64,000 bases of DNA from Planctomycetota bacterium (GTDB lineage: Bacteria > Planctomycetota > UBA1135 > UBA2386): contig OZ245006.1 of the NCBI GenBank assembly GCA_965223545.1, positions 4,416,001-4,480,000 of the forward strand. Direction: 5' to 3'. The notes under the pieces are model-generated. The model did not search any database. It was not told where the DNA came from and saw only the letters and a program-made list of their open reading frames with translations. Positions 50,447-58,857 of the stretch are shown piece after piece (position 1 is the stretch's first letter; each line of letters opens with the position of its first letter). The translations under genes and the position numbers were made by a program.

Positions 50447-51488
50447 ACGGCGCGTCTTTCGGCGCAGCGGCCGGCCGCGACAGGGCGCGCAAGAACGCGA
50501 CCAGGTTCGCGCGCTCGGTCGCCGACAGCTCGATCGGCTGCATGTCCGGGTCGAGGTGTTCGTTCGCGCGGCCGCCGTCGGCGTAGAACTGCACCACGTC
50601 CTCGAGCGTCGCCAAACTGCCGTCGTGCATGTAGGGCGCGGTCTCCTCCAGCATGCGCAGCGTCGGCGTCTTGAACTTGCCGCGGTCGGCGGGGTCTCCG
50701 GTCACGGCGAGCCTGCCCTCCTCGGCGACTCCGCCGTTGACCCCGACGCCAGTGTTGTGGAAGCCCTCGTCGGAGAGGTTGGCGCCCGAGTGGCAGCGCC
50801 AGCAGCGGCCCTTGCTCTCGTAGATCCACAGACCGGCCTTCTCCGCGGCGTTCAGTGCCGTCGATGCCCCGCCCTGGAAGCGGTCGACCGGACTGTCGCC
50901 GGCGAGTAGCCCACGGACGAAGCTGGCGAGTGCGCGGGCGAGCGTCGTGCGCGTCGGCGGTTCGCCAAATGTCTCCTCGAACGCGGCGCGGTAGTCGGCG
51001 TCGTCGGCGAGCCGCGCGACCGCGGTGTCGACCGGGAGGTCCATCTCGTTGGGATCCGAGATCGGCAGCAGAACCTGCTGCTCCAGGGTCTCGGCGGCGC
51101 CGTCCCACCGGTGTGCCGTGCCGAAGCCGCGGTTGTACAGCGTCGGCGCATCGCGGAGCGCGCGCCGACCTCGCACCCCGAGCGGCCGCGCCTCGGTGCT
51201 GGCGAAGCCGTGCTTGGGGTCGTGGCAGGAGGCGCAGGCCACCGTCCGGTCGATCGACAGCACCGGGTCGAAGAACAGACGCCGGCCGAGCGCAAAGGCC
51301 TCGGCGGTCAGTGGGTTGTCCGCCGGTGCGGGGATTTCCGCCGGCAGTCCGAAGGGCACCGCCGTTGGGAACGCGTCGGGTCCCAGGGTGTCCTCGACCA
51401 ATGCTGGGGCCAAGGGTGGGGTCTGCGCGACTGCCGGCATGGCGGCGGCCAGCGCGACGGCGATGACGACGATGCGCGCGTTCTGCAC
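50433..51488 (-). CDS. Di-heme cytochrome c peroxidase / MauG family
   Basis: CASCH, CWRCH, FKTPTLR, PYMHDGS. Confidence 0.92.
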   Translation of the reverse strand: MQNARIVVIAVALAAAMPAVAQTPPLAPALVEDTLGPDAFPTAVPFGLPAEIPAPADNPLTAEAFALGRRLFFDPVLSIDRTVACASCHDPKHGFASTEARPLGVRGRRALRDAPTLYNRGFGTAHRWDGAAETLEQQVLLPISDPNEMDLPVDTAVARLADDADYRAAFEETFGEPPTRTTLARALASFVRGLLAGDSPVDRFQGGASTALNAAEKAGLWIYESKGRCWRCHSGANLSDEGFHNTGVGVNGGVAEEGRLAVTGDPADRGKFKTPTLRMLEETAPYMHDGSLATLEDVVQFYADGGRANEHLDPDMQPIELSATERANLVAFLRALSRPAAAPKDAPSTGR

Positions 51489-51536
51489 GCTCTCGGTGTA
51501 CGGGCTGGTTTGGTGCGCCGCAACCCGGCGGGCGAA

Positions 51537-52511
51537 CTACCGCGGCGACGCCGCCGGCATCTCCACCGGCGCACCGATGCGCTCCACGCGCAGGCCATTT
51601 CGGGCGAGGAGCTGCAGGACGCCGTCCGGACCCGGGCAATGCGCCGCACCGATGGCGAAGAAGAAGCGCCGGTGCTGGTGCAGGCGGACCTTCTGCAGGA
51701 TCCGCTGTGCCATGCGGCGGTTGCGGTCGGTGAGCAGGGCCTTGCTGAGCCTCTGGCGCAGACCCGGCGTCGTGTCGGCGATGCTGTAGCGCTCGACGGC
51801 GCGGACCAGCTCATCGGCGTCGCCGGCCAGGTAGAGCTCGACGAGGTCGTCCACCGGATTGCGTCCCTCGGCGGCGAGTCGATCGAGGAGGTCGAGCATC
51901 CCCTCCAGCATCGTGACTTGCTCTTGCGTCGAGAACGTGTCGAACACCGAGGTCTGCTCGGCGACCGTCTCGAGGGCATCGAGAGTGCGCCCCAACTCAC
52001 GCGCGCGCCGCACCAACAGCTGGTCCAAGACGTCCGCCCCGGCGTCTTGTCGCGCATCCAGCGCGCCGAGTGTCAGCATGACGGCCCACACCTTCAGCCG
52101 GTGCAGGCGCGAGGCGGGGAATCCCCGACGCCGCGCGTACTCCTCGGCGCGGTCCAGCAACGGCGCGGGCAGCAGATCGCGCAGTGATTGCCCTCCGCTG
52201 AGCTGCATCGAGCGCGCCATCTCCATCATCGACGACGGCGACAGCGACACCTCGGTCAGCAGCGCGTCACTCTCGACGAGCGCCTGCGTGACTTGCCGCG
52301 GCAGGGCGGTGACGCGGGGGTCGGCGACGTGGATCGTCCCGTACACGTAGAACGGGCGCCCGCCGGTGTCCACGCGCCAGAGCAGTGGATGTGCCGTCGA
52401 CGTCGATTCTGCACCGCCACAACCGGCGAGGAGCAGCGCCACGCACGCGATGCCGGCTCCGATCGGGCCAGCGTTCGATCGCCGTCGCGGTGCTCGTCCA
52501 TGGGTGCGCAT
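51537..52511 (-). CDS. TraB/GumN family lipoprotein
   Basis: Lipobox LAGC; YGTIHV, LETVAEQ, DRNRRM, AIGAAH. Confidence 0.88.
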   Translation of the reverse strand: MRTHGRAPRRRSNAGPIGAGIACVALLLAGCGGAESTSTAHPLLWRVDTGGRPFYVYGTIHVADPRVTALPRQVTQALVESDALLTEVSLSPSSMMEMARSMQLSGGQSLRDLLPAPLLDRAEEYARRRGFPASRLHRLKVWAVMLTLGALDARQDAGADVLDQLLVRRARELGRTLDALETVAEQTSVFDTFSTQEQVTMLEGMLDLLDRLAAEGRNPVDDLVELYLAGDADELVRAVERYSIADTTPGLRQRLSKALLTDRNRRMAQRILQKVRLHQHRRFFFAIGAAHCPGPDGVLQLLARNGLRVERIGAPVEMPAASPR

Positions 52512-52635
52512 TGGTGGGCCATCGGCACCGCGCTGCGCGCGCGTTGAGTGCTGCGTGCGCCTGGCGGAGGCTCGATTCGAGACCGCTCCGGAGCCGTCGA
52601 TGGCGGCGGCGGTTGACCGTCGCCCCGTGCGCGTG

Positions 52636-53172
52636 TCATTGCTCGAGCTCGACGCCCAATCCGTCCGCGATCCGGTTGACGTAGGCGTAGTAGGCCGCCA
52701 CTTCGCAGATCCCAAGGATGTCGGCGTCGGCAAAGCCGGCGTCGCGCAGCCGATGCACGTGGCCCGCCTTCACGCCCGCCGGCGTGAGAGTCAAGACCTC
52801 CACGTAGTCGAGCATCGCCTGCCGTCGCGCCGACAGACCGGCGCCACGCCAGTCGTGCTCGATGCGCTCCAGCAGCGCGTCGTCACCGAGCAGGCGGCGC
52901 AGACCGCGCCGGTGGTGCTCGATTCAGTAGTGGCAGCCGTTGGCGCGGCTGACGACGAGCGCGATCAGCTCGCGATCCACCTTGCGCAGACTTGGCGTGC
53001 CACGCATGACCGCGCGGTACAGCTCGAAGTGCGCGCGCAACCCGGCCGGGTGCAGCGAGTGGATCGACATGATGTGATCGAGCTGGCCGGTCTCGGGATC
53101 GGCGACCCGTGCGTACAGGTCGCGGAGCTCGGGGTCGGCATCATCAGCGGAAACCGTCGCAATCCACGCCAT
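52636..53172 (-). CDS. AhpD/CMD-like peroxidase-related selenoprotein (CxxU), 178 aa
   Basis: ELIALVVSRANGCHY-TGA(52924-52926)-IEHHRRGL... continues in frame to AYYAYVNRIADGLGVELEQ*; SECIS follows the UGA. Confidence 0.88.
52885..52923 (-). promoter_or_regulatory. Bacterial SECIS element
   Basis: UGA-AUCGAGCA-CCACC-GGCGC-GGUCU-GCGCC-GCC-UGCUCGGU; apical GGUCU resembles the E. coli fdhF SECIS loop. Confidence 0.82.
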
Positions 53173-53262
53173 GCCCCTCATCGAAGCCCGCGGCCGCCGA
53201 TTCGCCAAGGGGCGCCGAGAGTCGCGTGGAGAGGTGGCTTCTACGCTCTACGCCGCCGGAGG

Positions 53263-53345
53263 GCGGCCGTCGGGCCCCGCTGGAGTCGCGGGCGCCATTC
53301 CTATCGCGGCCCGCTCCGTGTTTGGTTGCGGCCTCGGCCGCGATG
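53263..53345 (-). repeat. Partial (first ~85 bp) copy of the CTCA element
   Basis: Reverse complement CGCGGCCGAGGCCGCAACCAAACACGGAGCGGGCC...CCAGCGGGGCCCGACGGCCGC matches the start of the full copies. Confidence 0.75.
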
Positions 53346-53475
53346 CGCGTCATGGCGAGCGAATTGGGTTCCGGTTTTGCCGCGGCCTGCCGCTAGTGCC
53401 CAGTGCGTGACGGCGAGCTAGGCCTCGCCCCGTGCGCACGACCAGTCCCATCTCCACAAACGAACGGAACGTCCC

Positions 53476-53883
53476 ATGTTGCAAGCAAGACGCATTGCTC
53501 TCTTCTTGGCCGGTGCCATGAGCACGCTGATCTTCTTCTCCGGCACCGCATCCGCGCAGCCGGGAAACAAGTTGCTCATCGACTGCACGGCGACAACGGC
53601 CGGCGCGCCTTACCCCAAACTCTCGATCTGGATTCAGCCGACCTACGCGAACGTCCAGTTCAGCGATCCCCACGGCAACGTCGCCATCGAGTTGCACGAC
53701 CTCCCAACCTGGGTGGAGGACGACATCATCAACGCATTTGCGAGCTTCACCAATGCCGAGGGGCAGCCGACGCAGATCACGATGGCCATGGACATCGCGA
53801 AGGGGATTGTGTACGTGATGATCGCGGACCAACACGGCGTGCGCTACGACCAGTACAAGATCGACAGCATCCGGCAAATCTGA
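53476..53883 (+). CDS. Small secreted hypothetical protein
   Basis: Signal peptide ...GTASAQ; typical codon pattern. Confidence 0.75.
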   Translation: MLQARRIALFLAGAMSTLIFFSGTASAQPGNKLLIDCTATTAGAPYPKLSIWIQPTYANVQFSDPHGNVAIELHDLPTWVEDDIINAFASFTNAEGQPTQITMAMDIAKGIVYVMIADQHGVRYDQYKIDSIRQI

Positions 53884-53937
53884 GGCTCCAAGACAACACT
53901 GGCGTCTGTGCTCAGCGCGGCCGTCGGGCACCGCTGA
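53881..53937 (-). repeat. Partial (middle) copy of the CTCA element
   Basis: Reverse complement CAGCGGTGCCCGACGGCCGCGCTGAGCACAGACGCCAGTGTTGTCTTGGAGCCTCA; ends on the TGAG containing the stop of 53476-53883. Confidence 0.75.
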
Positions 53938-53981
53938 AAATCTGCGGTGGGCGGTGCTTCGGCGGCGCACGACCCCGGTCG

Positions 53982-54077
53982 TTACGCCCGCGTCGGATAT
54001 TGGCCGTGCAGCGCGATGATGAAGCGGACCTCGGTGAAGGCCTGCTCTTTCGGCTCGGCGTCCGCGGTCGCGTTGGC
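53982..54077 (-). pseudogene. Orphan 3' end of a tail-collar-domain gene (paralog of 58854-58949)
   Basis: ANATADAEPKEQAFTEVRFIIALHGQYPTRA*; 80 of 96 nt identical by hand count. Confidence 0.8.
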
Positions 54078-54089
54078 AAAGCCGACGAG

Positions 54090-54255
54090 GTCCGGCGGGA
54101 GTCTGGAGACGTACGGGTGGGATGGCACGTCCTGGAACATCTTGGAGCCCGCGCGGTGGTTCAGCTCCCGCGGCGACCCATGGTCGCGTACGACACCGCC
54201 CGCCGACGGGTGGTGCTGTACGGCGGGGCAGTCTCCGGCGGTACCCACGGTTCGG
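54090..54255 (+). pseudogene. Frameshifted Kelch-like repeat fragment
   Basis: GGSLETYGWDGTSW in one frame and AYDTARRRVVLYGG in another, like the repeats of 26501-30184. Confidence 0.55.
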
Positions 54256-54266
54256 CCCCGGACGTC

Positions 54267-55337
54267 TCAGCGCTCGCCGAGGACCAGCGGGCAGGCGTGG
54301 CCGTGCGTTCGGCAGAAGTCCGGCAGTTGGCCGCGGCTCAGCGCTCGGCGCATGCCGCGCATCACCGCGCCGTTCCAAACCTCCGCGATGGAATGCTGCG
54401 AAGGGTGGCCGATGCCGCGCTTGAGGAAGACGCAGGGCGTGTAGATGTCGTGCTGCGGCCGTACGCACAGGAACTTCCATGGGAACAGGCACGGGATGTC
54501 GCTCCCCTGCTCTGACTGCTCGGCGATGAACGAATGCTCGGCGTCCCACTGGTAGTGGATCTCGAGGCCCGCCAGCGCGGGGTCCTGTTGGGCCTGGCGC
54601 TGCAGCGCGCGGTAGTCCTCGAGCGCCAGCCGCTGCTCTTCGTAGTCGAAGGCGTGACCGAAGTTGTCCACTGCGTAGCCGTCGGCTTCGAGGTCGAACA
54701 AGTGCCGCAGCATGACGCGCTGCGCGCCCATGGCCGACACCCACCGCAAGAACGGGAGCGTCTCGTGGCGGTTGCAGCGCATCACGATGAAGCTCGGTAC
54801 CAGCGGCAGGCGCGTGTGCGGGGCCAGCTCATGGTGCAAATCGACGAAGCGGCTCAGGTTGCGCACGAGAGTGTGGAAGTCGCGCCCGTGTAGCTTGTGG
54901 TAGGTCTCGGCGGTGGCAGCGTTCACCGATACCGCCATGTCCACGTGCTCGGCGTGCCGCAGCAAGAAGCGCGCCCGCCGCTCGTCGAGCAGCAAGCCGT
55001 TGCTGGTGAAGCCGAATGCGACTCCGGCCGCCGCCAGCGCGGCGATGGTCTCCTCGAAGCGCGGGTAGAGCATCGGCTCGCCGTAGCTGCAGTCGTTCAC
55101 GCGGCGCGCGCGCAACAGGTCTGGCCAAATGCGGTCCCGGACCTCGTCCTCGAGGTGGCCGTGCTCCCGATACCCGGCTTCGTTCTTGCCGGTGCAAAAT
55201 GTGCAGGCCGGGCGCACGTTGCAGCGGTCGGTGAACTCGAGATTGACGGTCTGCGGCGCGGACTGCAGGCGGGTGCGTCGCCGGTCGATCTCCTCGGCCA
55301 GGCTGAGGCGGCGCAGGCGCGGGATCCAAGCCGGCAT
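54267..55337 (-). CDS. Radical SAM protein with SPASM/twitch domain
   Basis: CNVRPACTFC, YGEPML, FTSNG; CLFPW..PC..IG..IAEVWNG..C..C; GGAGGAG SD. Confidence 0.88.
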   Translation of the reverse strand: MPAWIPRLRRLSLAEEIDRRRTRLQSAPQTVNLEFTDRCNVRPACTFCTGKNEAGYREHGHLEDEVRDRIWPDLLRARRVNDCSYGEPMLYPRFEETIAALAAAGVAFGFTSNGLLLDERRARFLLRHAEHVDMAVSVNAATAETYHKLHGRDFHTLVRNLSRFVDLHHELAPHTRLPLVPSFIVMRCNRHETLPFLRWVSAMGAQRVMLRHLFDLEADGYAVDNFGHAFDYEEQRLALEDYRALQRQAQQDPALAGLEIHYQWDAEHSFIAEQSEQGSDIPCLFPWKFLCVRPQHDIYTPCVFLKRGIGHPSQHSIAEVWNGAVMRGMRRALSRGQLPDFCRTHGHACPLVLGER

Positions 55338-55342
55338 GTGGG

Positions 55343-57025
55343 TCACTCCTCCAGGACGTCGGGAATCTCGCAAGCGCGGTGCAGGGAGTCGGTGGCGAGG
55401 GCCGTGGCAAGGGTCCGCAGCGCGCGGTCGAAGGCCGCGATGACGCGGTCGGTGGCAGTGGCGTCGTGCGCTCGGCTCAGCAGCACGTAGCCCTTGTGGC
55501 TGATCACCCCCTGCCGCGCCAGCTCTTGCTGGAGCAGAGTGCGGCAGGGCACGCGCGGGAACGTCGGGTCATCGGTGAGGAAGCCGAGGTACATGCGGTG
55601 CGGCGGCCCGACCAAGCCCGCCGGCAGGTCGACGGCCGCGCTCGTGGCGGCCACGGCGGCGCGGAGGCGCTCGGCCTGCACGGTGAGCGCTGGCGCGACG
55701 GGCTGGGTGCGGTAGACCTCTAGCGCTGCGCGCGCGGCGGCAAACGCGTGCACTTCTCCCTTGTTGGTCGGGGCGTAGAAGATCTGGCCCACGTGGCGGG
55801 CCAAGAGGTCGCCGCGCGCGCCGAGCGCGGCGAGCGGTAGACCTGCGGCAAGTGCCTTGCCCAAGCACGTGATGTCGGGCTCGACTCCGTAGGCCACCTG
55901 CGCGCTGCCGTCGCGGTAGCGGAAGCCGGTCATGATCTCGTCGAACACCAACTTGGCGCTGTGCCGCGCGGCGAGATCGGCGGCGCAGCGCAGGTACTCA
56001 CCGTCGCGCTCGTGCTGCGGGTCGTCGAAGTGCACGGCGGTTGCGGCGGGCTCGAGCACGACCGCGGCGAGGTCGTCGGCGTGGCGCGCCACTGCGGTCT
56101 GCAACGCCTCGTGGTCGAGGTAGGGCAACTGCAGTGCGTAGGGCTCCGACCATGGGATGCCGGTGGCGTGCATGCCGCGGCCAGCGGCGTTCCAGTCCTG
56201 CCAGCCGTGGTAGCCGGCGAACAACACCGTGCGGCGACCGGTGGCGACGCGCGCCAGGCGCACTGCCCAGGTCGTCACGTCGGAGCCGTTCTTGCCGAAC
56301 AGCACTTGGTCGATGGCGGGGAACATCGCGCAGAGCTCTGCGGCGACCTCGATCTCGAGTCGATGGGTCAGCGACAGCACGCCGGCGTGGGGCAGCACTG
56401 CGCGCAGGGCGGCGGTGACCTCGGGGGCGCCATAGCCGAGCAAGTTGCAGCCCCAGCCCATGTGTACGTCGAGGTAGCGGCGGCCGTCGACGTCGATGAG
56501 TTCGCACCCTGACGCTCGTTCCGCGAACAGCGGATAGAGATCGCCGTCGCGCCCGCGGTGCACGCCTTGGCCCGGGGAGAAGAACCAAGCGTCGTGCCGG
56601 CTGGCGAGGCGTTGCAGGTCGGAAGTGCGCGAGGCTTCGGGCGCCACGAGGTCGACCTCACAGCGCAGCGGCTCGGTGCCGCAGGAGGAGAACCAGCGCA
56701 CGCCGCTGAGCATCAGGTCGAAGCGCAGGGCGCAGCGCTCGGTAGTGGGCAGCCGCACTGGAATGGCGAAGGTTGTACGCTCGCCGGGCGCGACCGAGGG
56801 AGTCGGCAGCCAGCCGGTGGCGACCAGGGCGTCGTCGACGTAGAGCGAGAGCGCGACAGGATGACCGTCGTCGGGCTCGCGTTGCCAGACTCTGCTGCCG
56901 GTGTTGCGCACCGTCACGCGCACCGACAGCAGCGCCCCTTGCTCGGCCTGCACGGGCGCGGTGTGGTCCTCGTACTCGGCGGCCAGGGTGGGCCCGGCGA
57001 AGTGTCGCTTGAGTAGGCGGATCAA
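55343..57025 (-). CDS. Class III (GSA-aminomutase-like) PLP aminotransferase with N-terminal Ig-like domain
   Basis: FGKNGSD, GYHGW, FDEIMTGFR, CLGKALAAG; TTG after GGAGG overlaps upstream stop. Confidence 0.88.
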   Translation of the reverse strand: MIRLLKRHFAGPTLAAEYEDHTAPVQAEQGALLSVRVTVRNTGSRVWQREPDDGHPVALSLYVDDALVATGWLPTPSVAPGERTTFAIPVRLPTTERCALRFDLMLSGVRWFSSCGTEPLRCEVDLVAPEASRTSDLQRLASRHDAWFFSPGQGVHRGRDGDLYPLFAERASGCELIDVDGRRYLDVHMGWGCNLLGYGAPEVTAALRAVLPHAGVLSLTHRLEIEVAAELCAMFPAIDQVLFGKNGSDVTTWAVRLARVATGRRTVLFAGYHGWQDWNAAGRGMHATGIPWSEPYALQLPYLDHEALQTAVARHADDLAAVVLEPAATAVHFDDPQHERDGEYLRCAADLAARHSAKLVFDEIMTGFRYRDGSAQVAYGVEPDITCLGKALAAGLPLAALGARGDLLARHVGQIFYAPTNKGEVHAFAAARAALEVYRTQPVAPALTVQAERLRAAVAATSAAVDLPAGLVGPPHRMYLGFLTDDPTFPRVPCRTLLQQELARQGVISHKGYVLLSRAHDATATDRVIAAFDRALRTLATALATDSLHRACEIPDVLEE

Positions 57026-58602
57026 GAGACCTCCACGCCTTGTCGCAGGAGTGTCAGCCGGGACCTGCGGCGGAAGCGGCGGCCGGGAAAGACCAGGTCG
57101 ACCCGGAGCTCGTGCAGGCCGCGGCGCGCGGTCGGCAGCTCGACAGCGAAGTGACACTGGCCGGTTGGCGGCACGTCGTGGCGCAGTCGGGCGCGCGCCC
57201 GCAGCCGGCCCGGCAGCGAGACCACCAGCTCCGGCCGCGGGCCGGTGTCCGGGGCGTGCCACGTGAGCGTGCCGGTGTTGCGCACTTGGCAGCGCAGCAC
57301 CGGGCGTGCGTCGTCGCGAGCGCGGGCTGGAATCTCGCGCGTCACCAGCTTCGCCGCCAGTGGCCGGCCGGTGATCCAGTCTTCGCGCCGGTCGTTGCGG
57401 TCGGCGACGGCGCCGGCGTCGCGCAGCACCAGCATCTTGCGGTGGATCGCGCGCAGCTCGCGCGGGATGTCGATGCCGGCCGGGCAACCGCAGGTCGGCG
57501 CGGTGCAGGTGTCGCACGGCAGTTCGTCGTCGGCCAGCAGGCGGAAGTACTGCAAGTTGCCGGACACCTCGTAGGGCGCGGTGGGGTAGAGCGCGTGATA
57601 GGCGGCGCGGAACAGGAACGACACCGGCAGGCGGTGGCGGCAGAGGTCGTCGCAGTGGCCACACCGGCTGCACAGCACCTGCCGCAGGTCCGCGGCCTGC
57701 GCCGCGACCTGTTCGCGGCACGCGGCGCAGTGGGCGGAGCTGCTTCTCAGCACGCGGGCGTTCTGCTCGACTTCCTCGACCGACGCCATGCCGACCACGA
57801 TGGCGTCGACCGCGGGGTCCGCGAGCGCGGCGGCGAGGACGTCGTCGGCACCGGGTACCGGCGGCAGCTGTTCGCGGTAGGGGTGGCCGGGAAACGCGCG
57901 TCCCGCGCAGAGCAGGCCACCGGCGAGTACCTTCATCGCGAGCACACCGACGTCGCGGGCGCGCGCCGCCGGCAGCACTTCGGTAGCCGTGCGGCGCAGG
58001 TCCTCGAAGCCATACGGCTTCTGCAACGGCACCGGCGGTTGTTCGAGCTGCCACACGGTCTCCGGGCGAAACGTGATCAAGTGGAAGCCCAGCGGGTTGT
58101 GCGCGACCATGAGCACGTCGAACACGTCGCGCTCGAGCAGTGCGAGCATCTGCTCCGGCGTGCCGTGCTCGCTGGCGAGCAGTGCGCCGATGCGTCCCTG
58201 CGCACGGAGTTCGGTCAAGTACGCGACGGTGCCGCGCGGCCCCCAGACGTCGAAGCCGAATGCCTCCTGTTCGGCGACTGCGGCGAGTCCGCACAGGCTG
58301 ATGCGGTCGGTGCCGAGCCGCTTGCAGGCGCTCTCGAACTGCTGCTCCACATCGGGGCGGTTGCCGCCGAGCTGCAACGACACGTGGACTCGATCGCGGT
58401 CGCCGAATGCGCTCAGGGCCTCGCCGACGAGAGTGTCGGCGCCCTCGTAATCGGGGGCCGTGTTGACGTGATTGATACCGGCCTCGAAGGCGCGCACCAG
58501 CGTCGCGACAGCCTGCTTGGCGGGGACGCGACGCAGCTGCGTGGTGCCGACCCCGATTGCGGAAACCCGTATCCCGCTCCGACCCAAACGCCGGATGTGC
58601 AT
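57022..58602 (-). CDS. Aldo/keto reductase with Fe-S cysteine motifs and C-terminal Ig-like domain
   Basis: RRLGRSGIRVSAIG.G, NTAPDY, AMKVLAGG, CSRCGHCDDLC, CDTC....CGCPAGIDIP. Confidence 0.85.
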   Translation of the reverse strand: MHIRRLGRSGIRVSAIGVGTTQLRRVPAKQAVATLVRAFEAGINHVNTAPDYEGADTLVGEALSAFGDRDRVHVSLQLGGNRPDVEQQFESACKRLGTDRISLCGLAAVAEQEAFGFDVWGPRGTVAYLTELRAQGRIGALLASEHGTPEQMLALLERDVFDVLMVAHNPLGFHLITFRPETVWQLEQPPVPLQKPYGFEDLRRTATEVLPAARARDVGVLAMKVLAGGLLCAGRAFPGHPYREQLPPVPGADDVLAAALADPAVDAIVVGMASVEEVEQNARVLRSSSAHCAACREQVAAQAADLRQVLCSRCGHCDDLCRHRLPVSFLFRAAYHALYPTAPYEVSGNLQYFRLLADDELPCDTCTAPTCGCPAGIDIPRELRAIHRKMLVLRDAGAVADRNDRREDWITGRPLAAKLVTREIPARARDDARPVLRCQVRNTGTLTWHAPDTGPRPELVVSLPGRLRARARLRHDVPPTGQCHFAVELPTARRGLHELRVDLVFPGRRFRRRSRLTLLRQGVEVS

Positions 58603-58690
58603 GGTCCGACGGATAGTCGAGGGGTGGAGTGGCGTCACCCCGATTTCATGGTCGGTCCGCGGCCGACGCCTGGTGCGCCACAGTTGGTGT

Positions 58691-58857
58691 CTAGCAGGCC
58701 GTTGAGAAAGTGCTTCGTCTCGCAATCCGGTGATTCTCGATGCAGGTCGGCTCGCGAAAACGCAGGCGAATCGGTGGATTCGGCGAGGCTTTCGCGTGCC
58801 GAGCTGCGCGGGAGGCACCGGGTGGCGTGGCGAATGACTTTTTCAACGGACTGCTAG
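58691..58857. mobile_element. MITE with 17-bp terminal inverted repeats and CTAG flanks
   Basis: CTAG-CAGGCCGTTGAGAAAGT ... ACTTTTTCAACGGACTG-CTAG (15/17 match); body is one long imperfect palindrome. Confidence 0.85.

Noticed and set aside
55343..58294. 983-aa aminotransferase as given in the ORF track
   Set aside because: The first ~420 codons overlap the reductase in another frame; SD and overlap support a TTG start at 57025
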